Part shown: piece by piece, positions 24,191-38,324 of the stretch
Layout of the letters: the number at the start of each line of letters is the position of its first letter
How positions within the stretch are numbered: the first letter of the stretch is position 1
Source: Mustelus asterias
Taxonomy: Eukaryota
Assembly (NCBI RefSeq): GCF_964213995.1
Contig: NC_135801.1
Coordinates: forward strand, 73,904,001-73,968,000
Reading direction: 5' to 3'
DNA length: 64,000 bases
Translations under genes and position numbers: made by a program
Notes under the pieces: generated by a model
What the model was told of the DNA's origin: nothing
Databases searched by the model: none
Seen by the model: the letters and a program-made list of their open reading frames with translations, nothing else

Positions 24191-26359
24191 TTCAAAGTGA
24201 TTGATCACGAATGGTGCTTAGGTGCCTCAGGATACTCCAAGTCAGTCTTATAACATTGAAAACACGCTTATCTCTCACCCTCAGATCACAGGTGGCCCCC
24301 CCATCAATAATATTCTTTGTCCCTCTCTATCATCATCTGTCCTATTGCTACATCCAAGATAGCATCCAGTAACTGAACTCCTACGCCTCCCTAAAACCAT
24401 TCATAAAACATAAGATAACAAGATTAAAAGAATGCTTACTCAGTGCACCAAGGACAACCTTGGGTGGAATAAGTTTCAGTCTTTAGCTGCCTTATTAACC
24501 AATGATGGTTACCTCAGAAGCCTTGTTCTAAGCTAAAAGATTTGTTCTGAAGTAAAAGCTTTATTCTGAAATGTAAATCTACAAAAGCACTTTGGCAGTG
24601 CACTGTTTCTTCCAAATCTAGGCTTCGTCTGGAACTATTCGTTCATTAACGTGTGTATATTCATAAAATGTTTTACATGAAGTCAGATTGTCCAAAATAT
24701 AATGCCTCTCTCAGAAGTGAGTTTGAAATTGGAGGAAGGGATGTGTGTTTGGGCAAGAGGATGCAGAGTGGAGATCCCACACCCTCCCATCTCCCTCCAG
24801 TTAAGTCCAGGGCAGGGAGACTTGTATTTATCCTTTTCACCAGAGATCAGTTGAGGTCCTCAAGTTGCCACATCCTACCAATGCTGGAAATCTACCAGTG
24901 GCAGTTGGGAAACCCACCATCCAGAAAGACACTGCTGCCAACCCTATTGGGTTTGCCTGCAGCATTCTTGGGGAGGTTCCTGGTTCTCAGGCATTCGGTG
25001 GCCCATTGAAGAACCTGAGCATCTGGAAAGCGAGCCCTGAAGGAAGCCAGCTCCACCCTTGGTGCATCCGTTGGCGAGCCTCTACATAGGCTCCCATACA
25101 ATGTGGGCAGTGGTCACTGTACTCGGTGACACTGCCGGTACTGGAGAACCACCAACTTTTGATTGGCTGGCAGTTCTTGAGGGCAGAGTATCCACCCCAA
25201 ATATGGCTGTGTAGCAATTAAGTAACCCGGGGGGAACCTGGACCCCCGGCGCCAGAGATTTGGCAGCCATTAAGGAAATTTATTCTGTTGAGACTCCAAG
25301 AGCTTGGGTCAATGAGGGTGCCACCAGATTTTGTCATGGAGGTTGAGATACATGTTGCCCATGTTAAATGCTGCCAATTATGGGCTTCATGCTAATACTG
25401 TCAGTCATGGGATTCAGAGGTATTTCAAATGCTTCAGATTTGATTTCAGGGCCACGATGTGAGGGAGGGAGAGAGAGAGAGACAAATGCAACAGATAGAA
25501 GCTCAGCAAACGTCTAACATCAGAGTCCATGTGCAGTGCCAGTCAGGCTTTGCAGCACCAGAGAGAACTGTCAAGTGCATGATAGCTTCAGGATACTTGA
25601 AGCTGACAGATCCATAACAAAACATCTAGAGGCAATCTCTCCAGATGCTTGGACAGCTGTCATTGAGACATGATTGGAGAGGGCTGTCTCCTCCTGCTTC
25701 CAAGACAGGAACAGGCTTGGAGACAGGTTCCCCACAGGGCTTCATTGATCTCATTGGTGCCATTAAAATGTCTTCCTGTTGCTCAGTAGCACACACAAGC
25801 AATGACCAGTTTTTAAAACATGGCAGGAATTGGCACACTTGATGCCACTATCTTTCAAGATGGTTGCAGATTTGGCCCTCCTGCCCGCCTCTTCCAATGC
25901 TTGTACATTAAAACTGAAAGGAACGCAGGGCCAGACTAAGCAAGCAGCATGACACAGAACTATAAACTACAACAGGCCCAGACATAACATTACAGATAAC
26001 CAAAGGTTTGGTGATACAAGAGCCGTATCAGTCCCAACTGAGTCTCATTTTAAGGGTTTACAAATCAAACGCTTTGCACTATAGGAAAAGGTTGTGCCAA
26101 AAACACTGGTGGTGTGAAAGCACATGCTCAAATTTCTGCACACATCTATATTCACATGCACATATACGAACACTCAGGCACATACAGTCAGACACACTTG
26201 CACACATGTATATTCACAATCACACAAACAATACGCGGTGTGTTTTTGTAGAAAGGTTATCAGGAGCAATGTTTGGGCGATGCATGAAAGGTCTGTGGGT
26301 AATCTATTTGTGATGGAAAAGGAGAAGGTACAAACATTAACAAAGTGACCAGAAATAGT

Positions 26360-27410
26360 TCAACATAAACATATTTATATAGCATCCTTAGTACAGCAAA
26401 ACATCGCAAACTGCTTCACGAAAGCAATATGAAACAAAATTTGACACTGAAAGACTTAACAATGCAGATGGTCGAAGGTTTGGTGAATAAGCTGTGTTTT
26501 AAGGAGTATCTTAAACAAAGAGAAAGCAGTCAAGAATTGGAGAGGTTCAAGGAGGGAATTGCAGAGTCTAGGGTCAAGGCAGGATGGTTGCCAATGGTGG
26601 AGAGATGAATATTGGAGGCACACAGAATTCCAGAGTTGGAGGAGTTCAGAGTTTTCGGAGGTCCATGGGGCCGGAGGAGATTGCAGGGAGATGGGGAATG
26701 GTGAGACAATGGAGGGATTTGAAATCAAAGATGGGACGTTTAAAGTTGAGGTGTTGTGGGCCAGAAGCCAATATAGATTAATTAGCACACAGGTAATGAA
26801 TGGGTGAACAGAAATTGGTACAAATTAGAAGGCTGGCTTCAGAGTTTTGGATGAACACAAGTTTATGTAAGTGGAAATTGGGAGGCTTGCCAGATTAGCA
26901 TTGGAATTGTCAAGTCTTTGAGGTAATATGGATCGCTGTGTTTCGGCTTTGAGAACAGCTGAAACAGATTTGGAGTTGGGCAGTGTTCTGGAGGTGAAAA
27001 TAGGCAGTCTTAGTAATGGAACAGATATGTAGGTGTTCAGGAACTCTTTTCATAATCAAATGCAACATCAAGATTGGAAACAGTCTGGCTCAACTGGTGA
27101 CTGTTAAGAATGGCTTAGTCCGCCAAATATTTAGTTTGGAGCAATTTTCTGTTCATTCAATACTGGATGTCAGACAAGTAGTGGACAAATCAGAGATAGC
27201 GGAGAGGTCAACAGAAGTGGTGGTGAGATCAACCTGAGTGTTTTCATCAACAATGTAGAACCTACTGTAATATTTCTCAATAATGTCATCTGCGCAATAT
27301 GCAGGTATAAAATAATGGGGAGCTAAGTGAAATTTCTTCGGGAATCCAGAAGTAAAATTGGGAGAAAGGGAAAAGAAGCCACTGAGAGTAACTCTCTGGC
27401 TACAACTGGA
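26360..27410 (-). mobile_element. L2-clade LINE 3' end
   Basis: Minus-strand ORF CLDPRLCNSLLEPL..LTAFSLFKILLKTQL.HQTF, with an L2-like terminal stem region (tttatatagc...gcttcac on the + strand). Confidence 0.7.
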
Positions 27411-29008
27411 AGGTAGTCATGAGAATGATAGAATCCCTACAGAGCAGAAGGAGACCATTTGGCTCATCAAGTCTGTACAGACTCTGACTGGGCATCTTAC
27501 CCAGGCCCTATCCCCGTACATTTCTGATATCAATGTTTCATTAAGTCTCTTGCAGACAGGGACTGTCTGGATTCTTTAATTCAAGTTGCCATTGCTCTTC
27601 TTCCTGGAGATGCTGCAGTCCCGGCAGCCAATCAGATTGTTCAGCCGTTCCCGAGGGTAGAAATTGCTGTCCACTGCGAGGTGGAAATCTGACCCTTAGC
27701 CTGTTGAACCCGCTGGCAGTGTGTTACTGCTGCAGAACAAACTGTTTTGTATCATTCTGCTCGGGACCTGCACTCCCCTCACCTTGCCCTCACTATGAAA
27801 TCCAGCCCCATGACTTGCTTGATGCATTTATGCTGTGTGGCTAATGCTGCTGATGATCCCAGCAGCAGGTTGGAATGATCCTTGGTCTGGAAGTTGAGGC
27901 CAGTTGTGATCCTAAGAGCTACTGACAGAAAGGTGGCTGTATGCCCACTTGCAACATGTGACAGTATGTGACATGACTCTGTGATAGCTTCCTTTGGAAA
28001 GTGAAGTTGCCCCTCAGCCATATGCAAGAACAATTCTACCTGTATACACTTGCAAGAGCATACCAGCCTGTGGGTGCCATGTCCCTCTGGTGAATCATCA
28101 CCAGCCAGGCACCCCTCCATTACTCTCCCCCTTCATCCAACAAGGGAAGATAGCCCACGAGGGGAAACAATTGTGTGTTGTCTAAAGGAAGTAATAGTAG
28201 GCGCCCAGCAAATAGCACAAAGACTGCAACAAAAGATGACTGAAATGTAAACTGCACCGCTTCACATTTGGACTGAGGTCATTTAAATACTCATATACAT
28301 TTCTGTGATCCTTTGAAACCATCGATGCAAATATGAAATGGGTGTGAATGTAAGGCAGGGCAACTGGAGCAGCAATGATAGAAAATAGGATGTGAGACAT
28401 CATCACGACAATACCTCCTCACTTGTGTGTATTTCCCCAGAACTGGACAGGTGCCTCTGCTGACTGCAGGAAAGATTATGGGCTGGAGAACCAATGTCAT
28501 AACATCAGCATCCCATTTTCCACTGCTACCCACCTGATTGATGCCACAAAGTCAATTGAAGGCCAGCTGAAAATTTTAGGCTCTCCATTCCTGTAGGTGT
28601 ACAGTTTACATCAAACCATTGAAGCATATTCTCTCTATAATCAGCTCTGCTCAGTATAAATCTAGGTTTTGCTTCTGGCTATCGGGTTGACCTCGGGTAG
28701 CCAATCAACTGGAACAAAAAAAGCCATTTAGATTTTTTTTAAAGATCTAAGTCAAAATCAACTTGTATGTTTGTGCTGTTTTATTCGTCAAGCTCATTAT
28801 TTTAAATAATACTTCTCAAATGAAATATAAAAATTGTGGTGTCACGTCCCTTTTGTTAGACTGAACTAAACATATGAATTGCATTTCATTGCTCTTCCAG
28901 CCATTGGTAAGAAATGTATGTGGCAGTTACTTTTAGTATTATGTTCAAATGTATTATATCAAAAGAACATATCCTGCAGCAATCATGGTGCAATTTGCTT
29001 TTTTTTAG

Positions 29009-29096
29009 GCATTACTTGAAACTCAAAACCTCTTGCGAACCCAGGTTCCCAATTTCACCTTCAACCTCGGATATTCTGGAAAATTCTACCACACAG
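29009..29096 (+). CDS. NDST3: NDST3/4-like coding exon, 88 bp (not in the ORF track)
   Basis: ttttttag|GCA...ACA G|gtgaga; translates [29 protein letters not shown], recognisable NDST deacetylase-domain sequence; phases 0-1. NDST3 versus NDST4 cannot be resolved here. Confidence 0.95.
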
Positions 29097-29341
29097 GTGA
29101 GAATGTCGACCAAATAGCAGTTCAATTCTGATTTTGTCACAATATTGAGATGTCCTTATGTCAGGTGAAATATTGTGCATTGATATAATGCTTTTATTAC
29201 TGAGAAAATTGAAAGCTACGTAATACACTGTGCTTGTGAGGGAATTAAAAAAATTATTGATTAAATAGATAAAGGAATGGACCCGAGGCCATAGCTGGAG
29301 AGGCTATGAGAGGTCAATGAGAATTGCTGATAAAGGTTGGT

Positions 29342-29668
29342 TAGAATCATAGAATCCCTACAGTGTAGAAGGAGGCCATTCGGCCCATCAAATCTGCACT
29401 AACCACCATCGCGCCCAGGCCCTATTCCTATAACCCCACATATTTACCCTGCTAATCCCTCTGACACTAGGGTCAATTTAGCATGGCCAATCAACCTATC
29501 CCGCACGTCTTTGGACTGTGGGAGGAAACCGGAGCACCCGGAGGAAACCGACGCAGACACAGGGAGAAAGTGCAAACTCCACACAGACAGTGACCCAAGC
29601 CGGAATTGAACCCAGGTCCCTGGAGCTGTGAGGCAGCAACGCTATCTACTGTGCCACCCCGTATCGCC
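29342..29668 (-). mobile_element. HE1-like V-SINE
   Basis: Reverse complement of the head, V-domain and CR1-type tail. Confidence 0.9.
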
Positions 29669-30324
29669 AGGTTCGGAGAAAGTTTTGAAAAATGGAGAGA
29701 GAAAAGGAGCAATTAAAAATTTGGAAACATTCCCGAAAAAAGGACAGGAACAACTCTCTGAGCAATTAAATGAAAGAGCGGCTGAGTGGTCAGGAGTTGG
29801 GTAGACGGGGGATAGAGGGAGGGAGTTTTTTTTATGGGGAGAGGTTGAACAGAGAGATGATGTCAGGGTTACAATGGGGGAAAGGCTGGCGTGAGAACAG
29901 GGATGGGAGATGGAGAAAAATCTGGAAGCACGGGTAGCTGAGAGAATTCCATATGAAGGCTCTTTCCCCTGGGCCATGGAGTTAAAGATGGAGAGGGAGG
30001 GGGAAGGGACAGAGGGGTGTATTGATCATTGAGGAAAGGAGCCTGGGATTGTCAATGATCATACGATAAGTTGCTGTGGAGGAAGAGATGCAATATTATA
30101 AAACTTGGTCACGCCAGGGACCACCAAATAAATCAAATTAATACAACAACTGAGAGTATATACTCAACAAAATGGCTTTTGAAAAGAGTAGCAACAGAAA
30201 TTTAGTGAAAGTGGAAATTCTGTGTACAGGGGGAAGGTGGTGTTACATCCTTAAAAACCAAGGTGCAATATTAAAGTATAAATAATCAGTGTGACTAATT
30301 CAATTGAAAGGATTTTGCTTTAAG

Positions 30325-30620
30325 CAAAATGATGGAACAGGTGCAACCCATTGCCTGCAATTCCTGCGAACTCCAGGACACTTCATGTGTCCTTAACCAC
30401 ATACAAGGGAGTGCCTCCAGTTGTTGGAATTCAAACTCAGGATTTCCGAGCTCATGTGGGAGGCAGAAAATTTCCTGGAGTGTGCATTCCAGGAGGTTGT
30501 CATCCTGCATCTATGGAGAGGGACGCAGCAAGATGCAGAAATGTAATGGTCATAGGAAGTTTGATAGATAGGCATTTCAGTAACCAGTGTCTATATGGCG
30601 TATTACCTCCCTGGTTCCAG
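30325..30620 (+). mobile_element. CR1 ORF1 fragment (zinc-finger/esterase region)
   Basis: ACNSC-ELQDTSCVLNHI..., then VMVIGS.IDRHF and CLYGVLP, resembling the CR1 ORF1 zf/lz and GDS esterase motifs. Confidence 0.5.
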
Positions 30621-31254
30621 AGCAATGGAGATCGCTGAACATTTCTGAGAGGGGAGAAAAGTATCATCATAACATAGGGGAAAGAAAACATCAAATTATG
30701 TCCCGAATTTTGGACTTTAAGTAAGAGCTGAGAATTATTTTCAAAATGGACACACAAGTCACTGGCTGAATTGTTGCAGGGTGTTTCTCTCAGAGACAGT
30801 GGAACCCCACCCTGTGACCAGAAAGGTATTTCTAAAAGCACCCAGAAACTAATTGTCATCTCTGGTGGAGACAATGGGACATAATGGCCATCCCAACAAG
30901 AGATTTCCTGTCTAATGCCCAAACGGATTTCTGTGGACTCACCTTCCCACTCGCAATATATAAAGGATGGATTAAAAGCCAGCTGACTAATTGCCTCAAG
31001 TTATCTGTGGGTGTGTATGTTATGTGAGAACAAGTGCTGGAAGTTTGACACAGAAGAAAAAGCCAGCAAGCACACACACAGTATCCCTCCAAATAGCCTT
31101 TTTTTATTGGTATATCTTGAATCTCTCCCTCTCTCTTTGACTTCGGAAGACAGTCAGGTCAGTAAGAACCGCAGCTGAAAAGAGAACTAGGAAGACAGAC
31201 TACAGATCCCTGGAATCACAAAACCGGCTATTCGCCTGCTAAAGTCAACTCTAC

Positions 31255-31590
31255 TTGTTCCCAATGGTGGGGGGAGTCCAGAACCAGGGGTCATCGTCTG
31301 AGGATTCAGGGTAGACCATTTAGGACGGAGGTAAGGTGACATTTCTCCACCCAAAGAGTAGTAAGCCTGTGGAATTCATTACCACAGGAAGTAGTTAATG
31401 CCAAAACATTGAATGCATTCAAGAGGTGGCTGGATATAGCACTTGGGGCAAATGGGATCAAAGGTTATGGGGAAAAAGCAGGATTAGGCTATTGAGTTGG
31501 ATGATCAGCCATGATTGTAATGAATGGCGGAGCACGCTCGAAGGGCCAAATGGCCTCCTCTTGCTCTTATCTTCTATGTTTCTATGTTTC
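31255..31590 (+). mobile_element. CR1 3' end
   Basis: LFPMVGESRTRGHRLRIQG...FSTQRVVSLWNSLP, followed by UTR and CTATGTTT-type tail. Confidence 0.88.
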
Positions 31591-31899
31591 CACTGGAATC
31601 TCGCATTGCAATGGCTGCAATGCTCAATCACCTACTCCTCACAAGTCAAGGACTGTTCAGTATGCCATTTTTTATACTCACATACTTTGTACTCAATTCT
31701 CCCTTCTAATCTGTATGAATGTATGTGCATGTGTTTCACCATTTTCTTGTCTTTGCTGATGATTAAGAGTAGAGTGATGTTAGCAGTGATTGGCTGCATT
31801 GTATTTGTTCTGCATTTTGTGGACAGGGGTAACTGGGCAATTTTCCACATTCTCAGATAGTGTTGTTGCTGTACTGGAACTGCTTGGGTAACGGTGCAG

Positions 31900-32315
31900 T
31901 TAGGGTGCAGAATTTACTAAATGATGGAGCATATGGTAGAGCTTATGATAGAAATAACCCTCTGAATGAAGACATTTTTATCAAAATAGTCCGTGGAGTT
32001 CTTAACGTGACTGATTTATGCATGGTAGAAGCAATATACATTCAAATGCATGGACCCATTCTCTGCGAAGAAAGGAATATGTTCAAGATTCATATGTTTG
32101 TGAGTTACCTTGAATCATGGGGAAACCTAGAGGTCCTCACTGCTTTCTTGATGGCTGTACTACTTCCAATCAGAGATGATTTGCCAACCAATCAGCACCC
32201 TTTGTCTTGCTGTATAAATTGTAGCGGTCATTCAAAATTTTGCATTTCTATGTTTGTCCTGATGATTGCAAGATGAAAAACTTCAGCAACATGTCTCTCT
32301 TTTCCTCAATATTCA
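31900..32315 (+). mobile_element. Old Penelope-like element 3' end (different family) with degenerate hammerhead
   Basis: QNLLND..Y...KIVRGVLNVTDLCMVEAIYIQMHGPILC resembles a GIY-YIG C-terminus; gtcCTGATGAttgcaagatGAAAaacttc lies at 32256-32284. Confidence 0.6.
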
Positions 32316-33009
32316 AGGCCAGTTTTCCTCATCACAATCATTTAATTGACCCCATATCGTGAAACTTTGACCTATATTCTCGATTCCGTAGCCAGGGGAA
32401 ACAACCTCTGTGTCTACTCTGTCAAGCCTTTTCAGCACCCTGCTTTTCAATGAGATCACCTCTTATTCTTCGAAAACCCAGAGAATATAGACCCAATCTA
32501 TTCATCCAGGCTCCTTCCTGAAAATTGACATGTCACATATTCTTTCAGATTTCATGCCAGGTTGAAATAGCACCTGCTGTATTACTGGCAGAGGTATATA
32601 AGTTGTAGAGTAGCATAGGATGGTGGCAACCATCCTACATTCTGTCACGAATCGCCTTCTCATAGACTTTGATAATTATATGCCTCTATCAAGCAGGTGC
32701 AGTTGGCAAGACCAGCTAATCAGGGCAGAATTGGTTGTTTACAGAAAAACTGCTGAAGATAATCTTGTTTTTTTTAGATGTCTGGAGATTTCTCAAAATA
32801 GCCCACAGACTTCTGCCAATTTCCAGTGCTGTTAGAGAATCGCCGCTTACATTCCTCATTATCCACAGCAAGACTTGTTTTTAGGGAGAATTCAGGAAAA
32901 TATGTCCAAAACCTGCAAAGTGGGCTTTCCAATGAGGAATCTCTCTTTACATGTTATACATATAAGGTGAAGCGGTGCAACTGGTGGCTGTGAGGGAAGC
33001 CAAATAAAT

Positions 33010-33333
33010 ATAGAACCCTACACTGCAGAAGGATGCCATTTGGCCCATCGAGTCTGCACCGAGCACAATCCCACCCAGGCCCTATCCCCATAACCCCATG
33101 CATTTACCCTAGCTAGCCCCCTGACACTACACTAAGGGGCATTTTGCATGGCCAATCCACCTAACCTACACATCTTGGGACTGTGGGAGGAAACCAGAGC
33201 GCCCGGAGGAAACCCATGCAGACACACGGAGAATGTGCAAACTCCACACAGACAGTCACCGAAGCCGGGAATCGAACCCGGGTCCCTAGTGCTGTGAGGC
33301 AACAGTGCTAACCACTTTGCCACCGTGCCGCCC
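33010..33333 (-). mobile_element. HE1-like V-SINE
   Basis: Full head, V-domain and tail on the minus strand. Confidence 0.9.
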
Positions 33334-33864
33334 CAAATGAAGCAACACCAAAGGGAAGCCCGAACCGTGCTAAAAGGGTATATTGACTGAGATGAACTTT
33401 TCTCATTCTTTCTCATGAACTGTACAAGTGTAGGCTAGGTAAATAGCCCACAGTAGGGTGACATGGACTGCAGCAGAGAAAATAATCAGATCTCTGATAT
33501 TTTATGCTGCTAGTTCATTTCAGGGAGCCACAGGGGAGTTTTGCCAAATTAGCAAGTTCGCTGTATATTCACCAATTCCTTCTGTCTCATTGGTCCCAGA
33601 GATAATAAAAAGAGCAATGAATTTTTTTTCAGATTTATGGATTCCCTAGAAATATGAGGCTGTTTGATTGCATGCATGTGGCATTCCATGTTTGAAATGT
33701 AAATCTCCATATTTCTATCAACTAAGTCGTCATTTCTCTAAATGTGCAAGTCTTTTGTAACCATGGATACGGCTTCTTGCATGTGAATTTACAATGCTCA
33801 GAACTTGCATAATGGCCTGGAACCCCTCTTCTCCCAGCGGGTCAGGGAAAGGGGAGTCATGGCC

Positions 33865-34490
33865 AGAAGACCAGATTTTGAATATTGTGTTCAGTTTTGG
33901 TACTTTTCCGTAAGGAAGGATGTAAATGTGTTGGGGGCGGTTCAGAGGAGGTTTATTAGATTGAGACCTAGAATAAGTGGGTGGTATTATGAGGAAAGAT
34001 TAGACAAACTGTGCTTGTTTCCACTGAAGTTTAGAAGAGTGAGAGGTGACCCTCGATTGAAGTATATAAGATCCTGAATTGCCTTGATAAGGTGGCTGTG
34101 GAAAGGATGTTTCCTCCTGTGGCTGAGTCCAGAACTAGGGGGACAATATTTTAAAATTAGGGGTCACCCTTTTAGGATGGAGATGAGGTGAATTTTTTTC
34201 TCTGGACAGTTGTGCAATTTTGGAACACTCTGCCTCAGAAGGTGGTGGAGGCAGGGTCATTGAAAATGTTTAAGGCGGAGGGAGATGAACTTTTGTGAGG
34301 CAAGGGTTTGATTGGGTTATCGGGACTACTTGGGAATTTTTGTTTTATTCGTTCATGGGATTTGGGCCTCGCTGGCTGGGCCAGTAGGAATGTAGAACTT
34401 GAAACATGTACAGATCAGCCATGATCTTAACGAATGGCGGAGCAGGCTCGAGGGACCGAATGATCTGCTCCTGTTCCTTTTTCATCTGTT
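33865..34490 (+). mobile_element. CR1 3' end
   Basis: RPDFEYCVQFW..VRKDVNVLGAVQRRFIRL plus 3' UTR; a small inverted LINE/SINE tail insert at about 34340-34385. Confidence 0.85.
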
Positions 34491-35059
34491 CGTGCGCAAC
34501 AGGACCCCTTGGAAGTCCCCGTGCAAAGACTGCACAGGAATTGCCTGGCAAGTTTAAACTTTTGGTGGGCAATTACCCTGCATCTGGAACAATCCGAAAT
34601 TCTGATTTAAATCAGAGACTTTGGATGTTTCCGGTTCTCTTTGCAGAATAGGTATCCAAGAAAGGTTAGAAGGATTAAAACCACTTCTCGCTCCTCACTG
34701 ACTCCTCCTGCACTGACGCCTCCCTGTCTAGCCTCCCTATCCTCCTACCAGGCCCGGGTTGGAAGGTCCACTGAGAAATTTGTAATCTCTGACGGAGTAG
34801 CAGTCCAGCCGGCTATGGTTTCCACAGCACGGACGTTTGAGGAGAACTCTTTGCTACTTTGTTAGTCCAGTGCACCTGCTGTATTTCACAAACAGGATCA
34901 AGGAACACAATGGCTGCTGCGTGGCAAAGGTTATCTTTACTCCAGTGCGTTTCTTTTTACACCCCTTTAATACTGGAAGAGCATCTTATGATTTAGTCTG
35001 TTAATTCCAGAAACTCTTTAGACCCAATCATCACGACCTGAATTTGTTTGGTTTTACAG

Positions 35060-35214
35060 GGACGCTTGCAGAGGATGAAGGTGATGATTTGCTGCTAAAG
35101 TACGTGAATGAATTCTGGTGGTTCCCCCACATGTGGAGTCACATGCAACCTCATCTCTTCCACAACGAGTCAGTGCTGGCTGAGCAAATGATTCTCAACA
35201 AGGAGTTTGCATTA
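35060..35214 (+). CDS. NDST3: NDST3/4-like coding exon, 155 bp
   Basis: ttttacag|GG...TTA|gtgagt; (G)[51 protein letters not shown]; phases 1-0, in frame with the 88-bp exon; HMWSH metal-binding motif intact. Confidence 0.97.
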
Positions 35215-35279
35215 GTGAGTATTAATTGGTTTGATAATGTTGTTAAGAAGCTAATTTGAAGAGGAGTAAAAAAGACTAC

Positions 35280-35381
35280 GGCCTGAATTTTACTACCACA
35301 TGGCTCGCAGAACAGCATTCTCCATTGGCCTCGGGCAGGATCTTAGGAGCCTTGAGCGGGCAAGGGTGTAAAATACTGGCC
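35280..35381. mobile_element. Harbinger-type MITE
   Basis: Terminal inverted repeats (TIRs) ggcctgaattttac / gtaaaatactggcc; internally similar to the reverse complement of 61136-61261. Confidence 0.65.
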
Positions 35382-36789
35382 TATTAGTAATGGTATTCTT
35401 AAAGATGCAATTCATTCCAGATAAAATCAAAGTGCCTGAAACATTACACACCTGTTCTTTACATAAATTCAAACATCAGTGTTAGAATTCAAGCGAAGCA
35501 AATATATAAATACATATATGTATACAACTTATCTCCAAAGGACTTTCACTCATTCACCCTCCAACACTCATGCAAGCACAGTTTTTTTAAAAATTATTTC
35601 ATGGGATGTGAGTGTCACTGGCAAGGCCAGCATGTGTTGCTCATCCCTAGTTGCTACAACTGGACACAAGCTCACCCTGTGATCACCAACAATGAGGTTA
35701 CTGTAGATAACCTTAAGATCTTCAAGTTAGGGTGAGCCAAATCTCAATTCCTATCTTTGATCATTCGATACCAATCCCTATTCAGTAATGTGTGGAAGTA
35801 TTAAGGTGAACAGGATAAGAACACAGGAATTAGCAGCATGAGTAGGCCATTACGCTCCTCAAGCCTACTTTGCCATTCGATAAGATCATGGTCGATCTGA
35901 TTGTGGCATCAGCTCCTCTTTCCCATCCGTCACATATAACTCTTGACTCTCTTGTTGACCAAAATTCTATCTACCTGAGCTCTGAATATATGAATAACCC
36001 TGCCTCCTCTGCCCTCTGGGGAAGAGAATTCAAAAGAATATCAACTCTCCAAGAGAAAAAAAATTCCCTCATCTCTGTCTTAAATGAGAGAGTGAGGGAG
36101 GCTTTTCTGGCCTCCCTGGGGGGGTATTTTTCTTGCAGTGGGAGGTGGCATGCTATTCGCCAGTGGTGGGATCCCCAGGTCCCGCTGCTGCCAAAGAGAC
36201 TTCCCATTGAGTGCATCGCATGCCACCGGGAAACGATGGTTGGGGTACACTGTAGGCAAGACCAGAAGATCCTGCCAGCACAAGGAACCAGAAAAGTCTG
36301 GCCCTAATTTTTGAACTGTGTACCCCAGTTCTCAACTCCCCCATGAGGAGAAACATCATCTCAGCATCCACCTATCAAACTCCGTCAGGATCTTATATGT
36401 TTCAATAAGATCACTTCTCGTTTTTCTAAACTGCAATGCGTATAGTCTCAAACTGCTCAACCTTTCTTCATAAGATAAAACTTTCATTTTAGGAATCAGT
36501 TGAGTGAACCTTCTCTAAACTGCTTCTAATGCAACAATATCATTTCTTAAGTAAGGAGACCAAAAGTGTACACAGTATTCCAGATGTGGTCTTACTAAAG
36601 CCCTGCTTAGCTGCTGCAATACTTACCTAACTATATACTCGATTCTCCTTACAATAAATGCTAACATTCCATTTGCCATCTTAATCACTTGCTGTACCTG
36701 CTTACCAACTTTTTGTGATGCTTGTACCAAGGCATCCAAAACCCACTATCATAGTTCTGCAGTCTCTCCCCATTCAAATAACATACCCT

Positions 36790-37575
36790 CACATTGCCAT
36801 CACTGAATCCCCCCACCATCAACATCCTGGGGATACCATTGACCAGAAACTGAACTGGACTGGACTAATCATATAAATACTGTGGCTACCAGAGAAGGTC
36901 AAAGGCTAGGAATCCAGCAAAAAGTAGATCACCTCCTGACACCCCCTTCCCCCCAAAAGCCACTTCCTACAAGGCACAAGTCAGGAGTGTAATGGAATAC
37001 TCTCCACTTGCCTGGATGAGTGCAGCTCCAACAACATTCAAGAAGCTCAATGCCATCCAGTTCAGAGCAACCGGCTTGATTGCTCTTCCTTCCACAAACA
37101 TTCATTCCCTTCACCACCAATGAACAGTGGCAGCCGTGTGTACCATCTACAAGATGCACTGCAGGAATTCAGGGAATTCACCAAGGTTCCTTAGGCAGCA
37201 CCTTCCAAATCCACAACCACTACCATCTACTCGGGGATTTTCACAGTAACTTAATTGCAATGTTAATATAAGCCTTGTTGTGACACCAATAAATAAACCT
37301 TAAACTTTTATCGAGAAGAACAAGAGCAGCAAATACCAGGGAACACCACCACCTTGAGGTTCTGCTCCAAGTCGCTCACCATCCTGACTTGGGAATATAT
37401 CACCATTCCTTCACTGTCGTTGGGTCAAAATTCTGGAACTCCCTCCCACACAGCACTATGGGTGTACCTACACCTCAGGGACTGCAGTGGTTTAAGAAAG
37501 CAGCTCACCACCACCACCTGATGAGCAATAAATGCTAACCTAGCCAGTGATGCCCACCTACATAAATGTATTTTT
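36790..37575 (+). mobile_element. CR1/L2-group LINE 3' end, probable partner of the second SINE family
   Basis: SPTINILG.TIDQKLNW...YKAQVRSVMEYSPLAWMSAAPT..KKL.AIQ; ends agcagctcaccaccacc...gcaataaatgct; contains a V-SINE tail insert at 37230-37308. Confidence 0.8.
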
Positions 37576-38324
37576 AAAAAATACTGATTTTCTATTCTTC
37601 CTCCCAAAGTGGACATGTTCACATTTTCCCATATTATGTTCCATCTGCCAATTTGTTGCCCCCACTTAACCTATCTAGATCCCTTTTTAGACTCTTTATG
37701 TCCTCTTGACAACTTACTCACTATGTATTGCCGTGTCATCAGTAAATTTAGCTACCATACATTCAGTCCCTGCATCCAAGTCATTGCTATACATTGTAAG
37801 TAGTTGAAGCCTCACCACCAATCCCTGTGGCACTCCACTGGTAATAGCTTGCCATCCCGAAAATGACCCAATTATGCCTGCTCTCTACTTCCTGTTAGCT
37901 AACCAATACTCTGTCCATGCTAATACATTATCCCCTTTGATGTGGCCCCTTATGAAATATCTTTTGGAAATCCAAGAACACCGCAATTACAGGTTCCCCT
38001 TTAATTACCTTGCTTGTTACATCCTCAAACAACGCTAATAAATTAATCACGCATGATTTCCTTTCACAAAACCATGTTGACTACGTATGATTATACTATG
38101 ATTTTCTAAATATCCTGCGACCTCCTTAATAATGGATTCCAGCATTTTCCTATGACAGATATTAGGCCAGTTAATCCATGATTTCCTGCCTCTGTTTCCC
38201 TCCTTCCTTGAATAGAAGTATCACATTTGCAATTTTCCAATCCACTTGGACCTTTCCAGAATCTGCAGTCACCTCTTTTCAGACCCTAGGATGAAAGCCA
38301 GGAGAAGCTGTTGGCTTTTACTTG

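Noticed and set aside
30770-31250. LTR-like segment with TATA and CT-rich tract
   Set aside because: Termini and TSD are not identifiable; left unassigned.
35215-35280. Mobile elements start exactly 66 bp after two different donor sites (35214 and 54358)
   Set aside because: Different element classes and n=2; best explained by coincidence plus exclusion from splice-proximal sequence.
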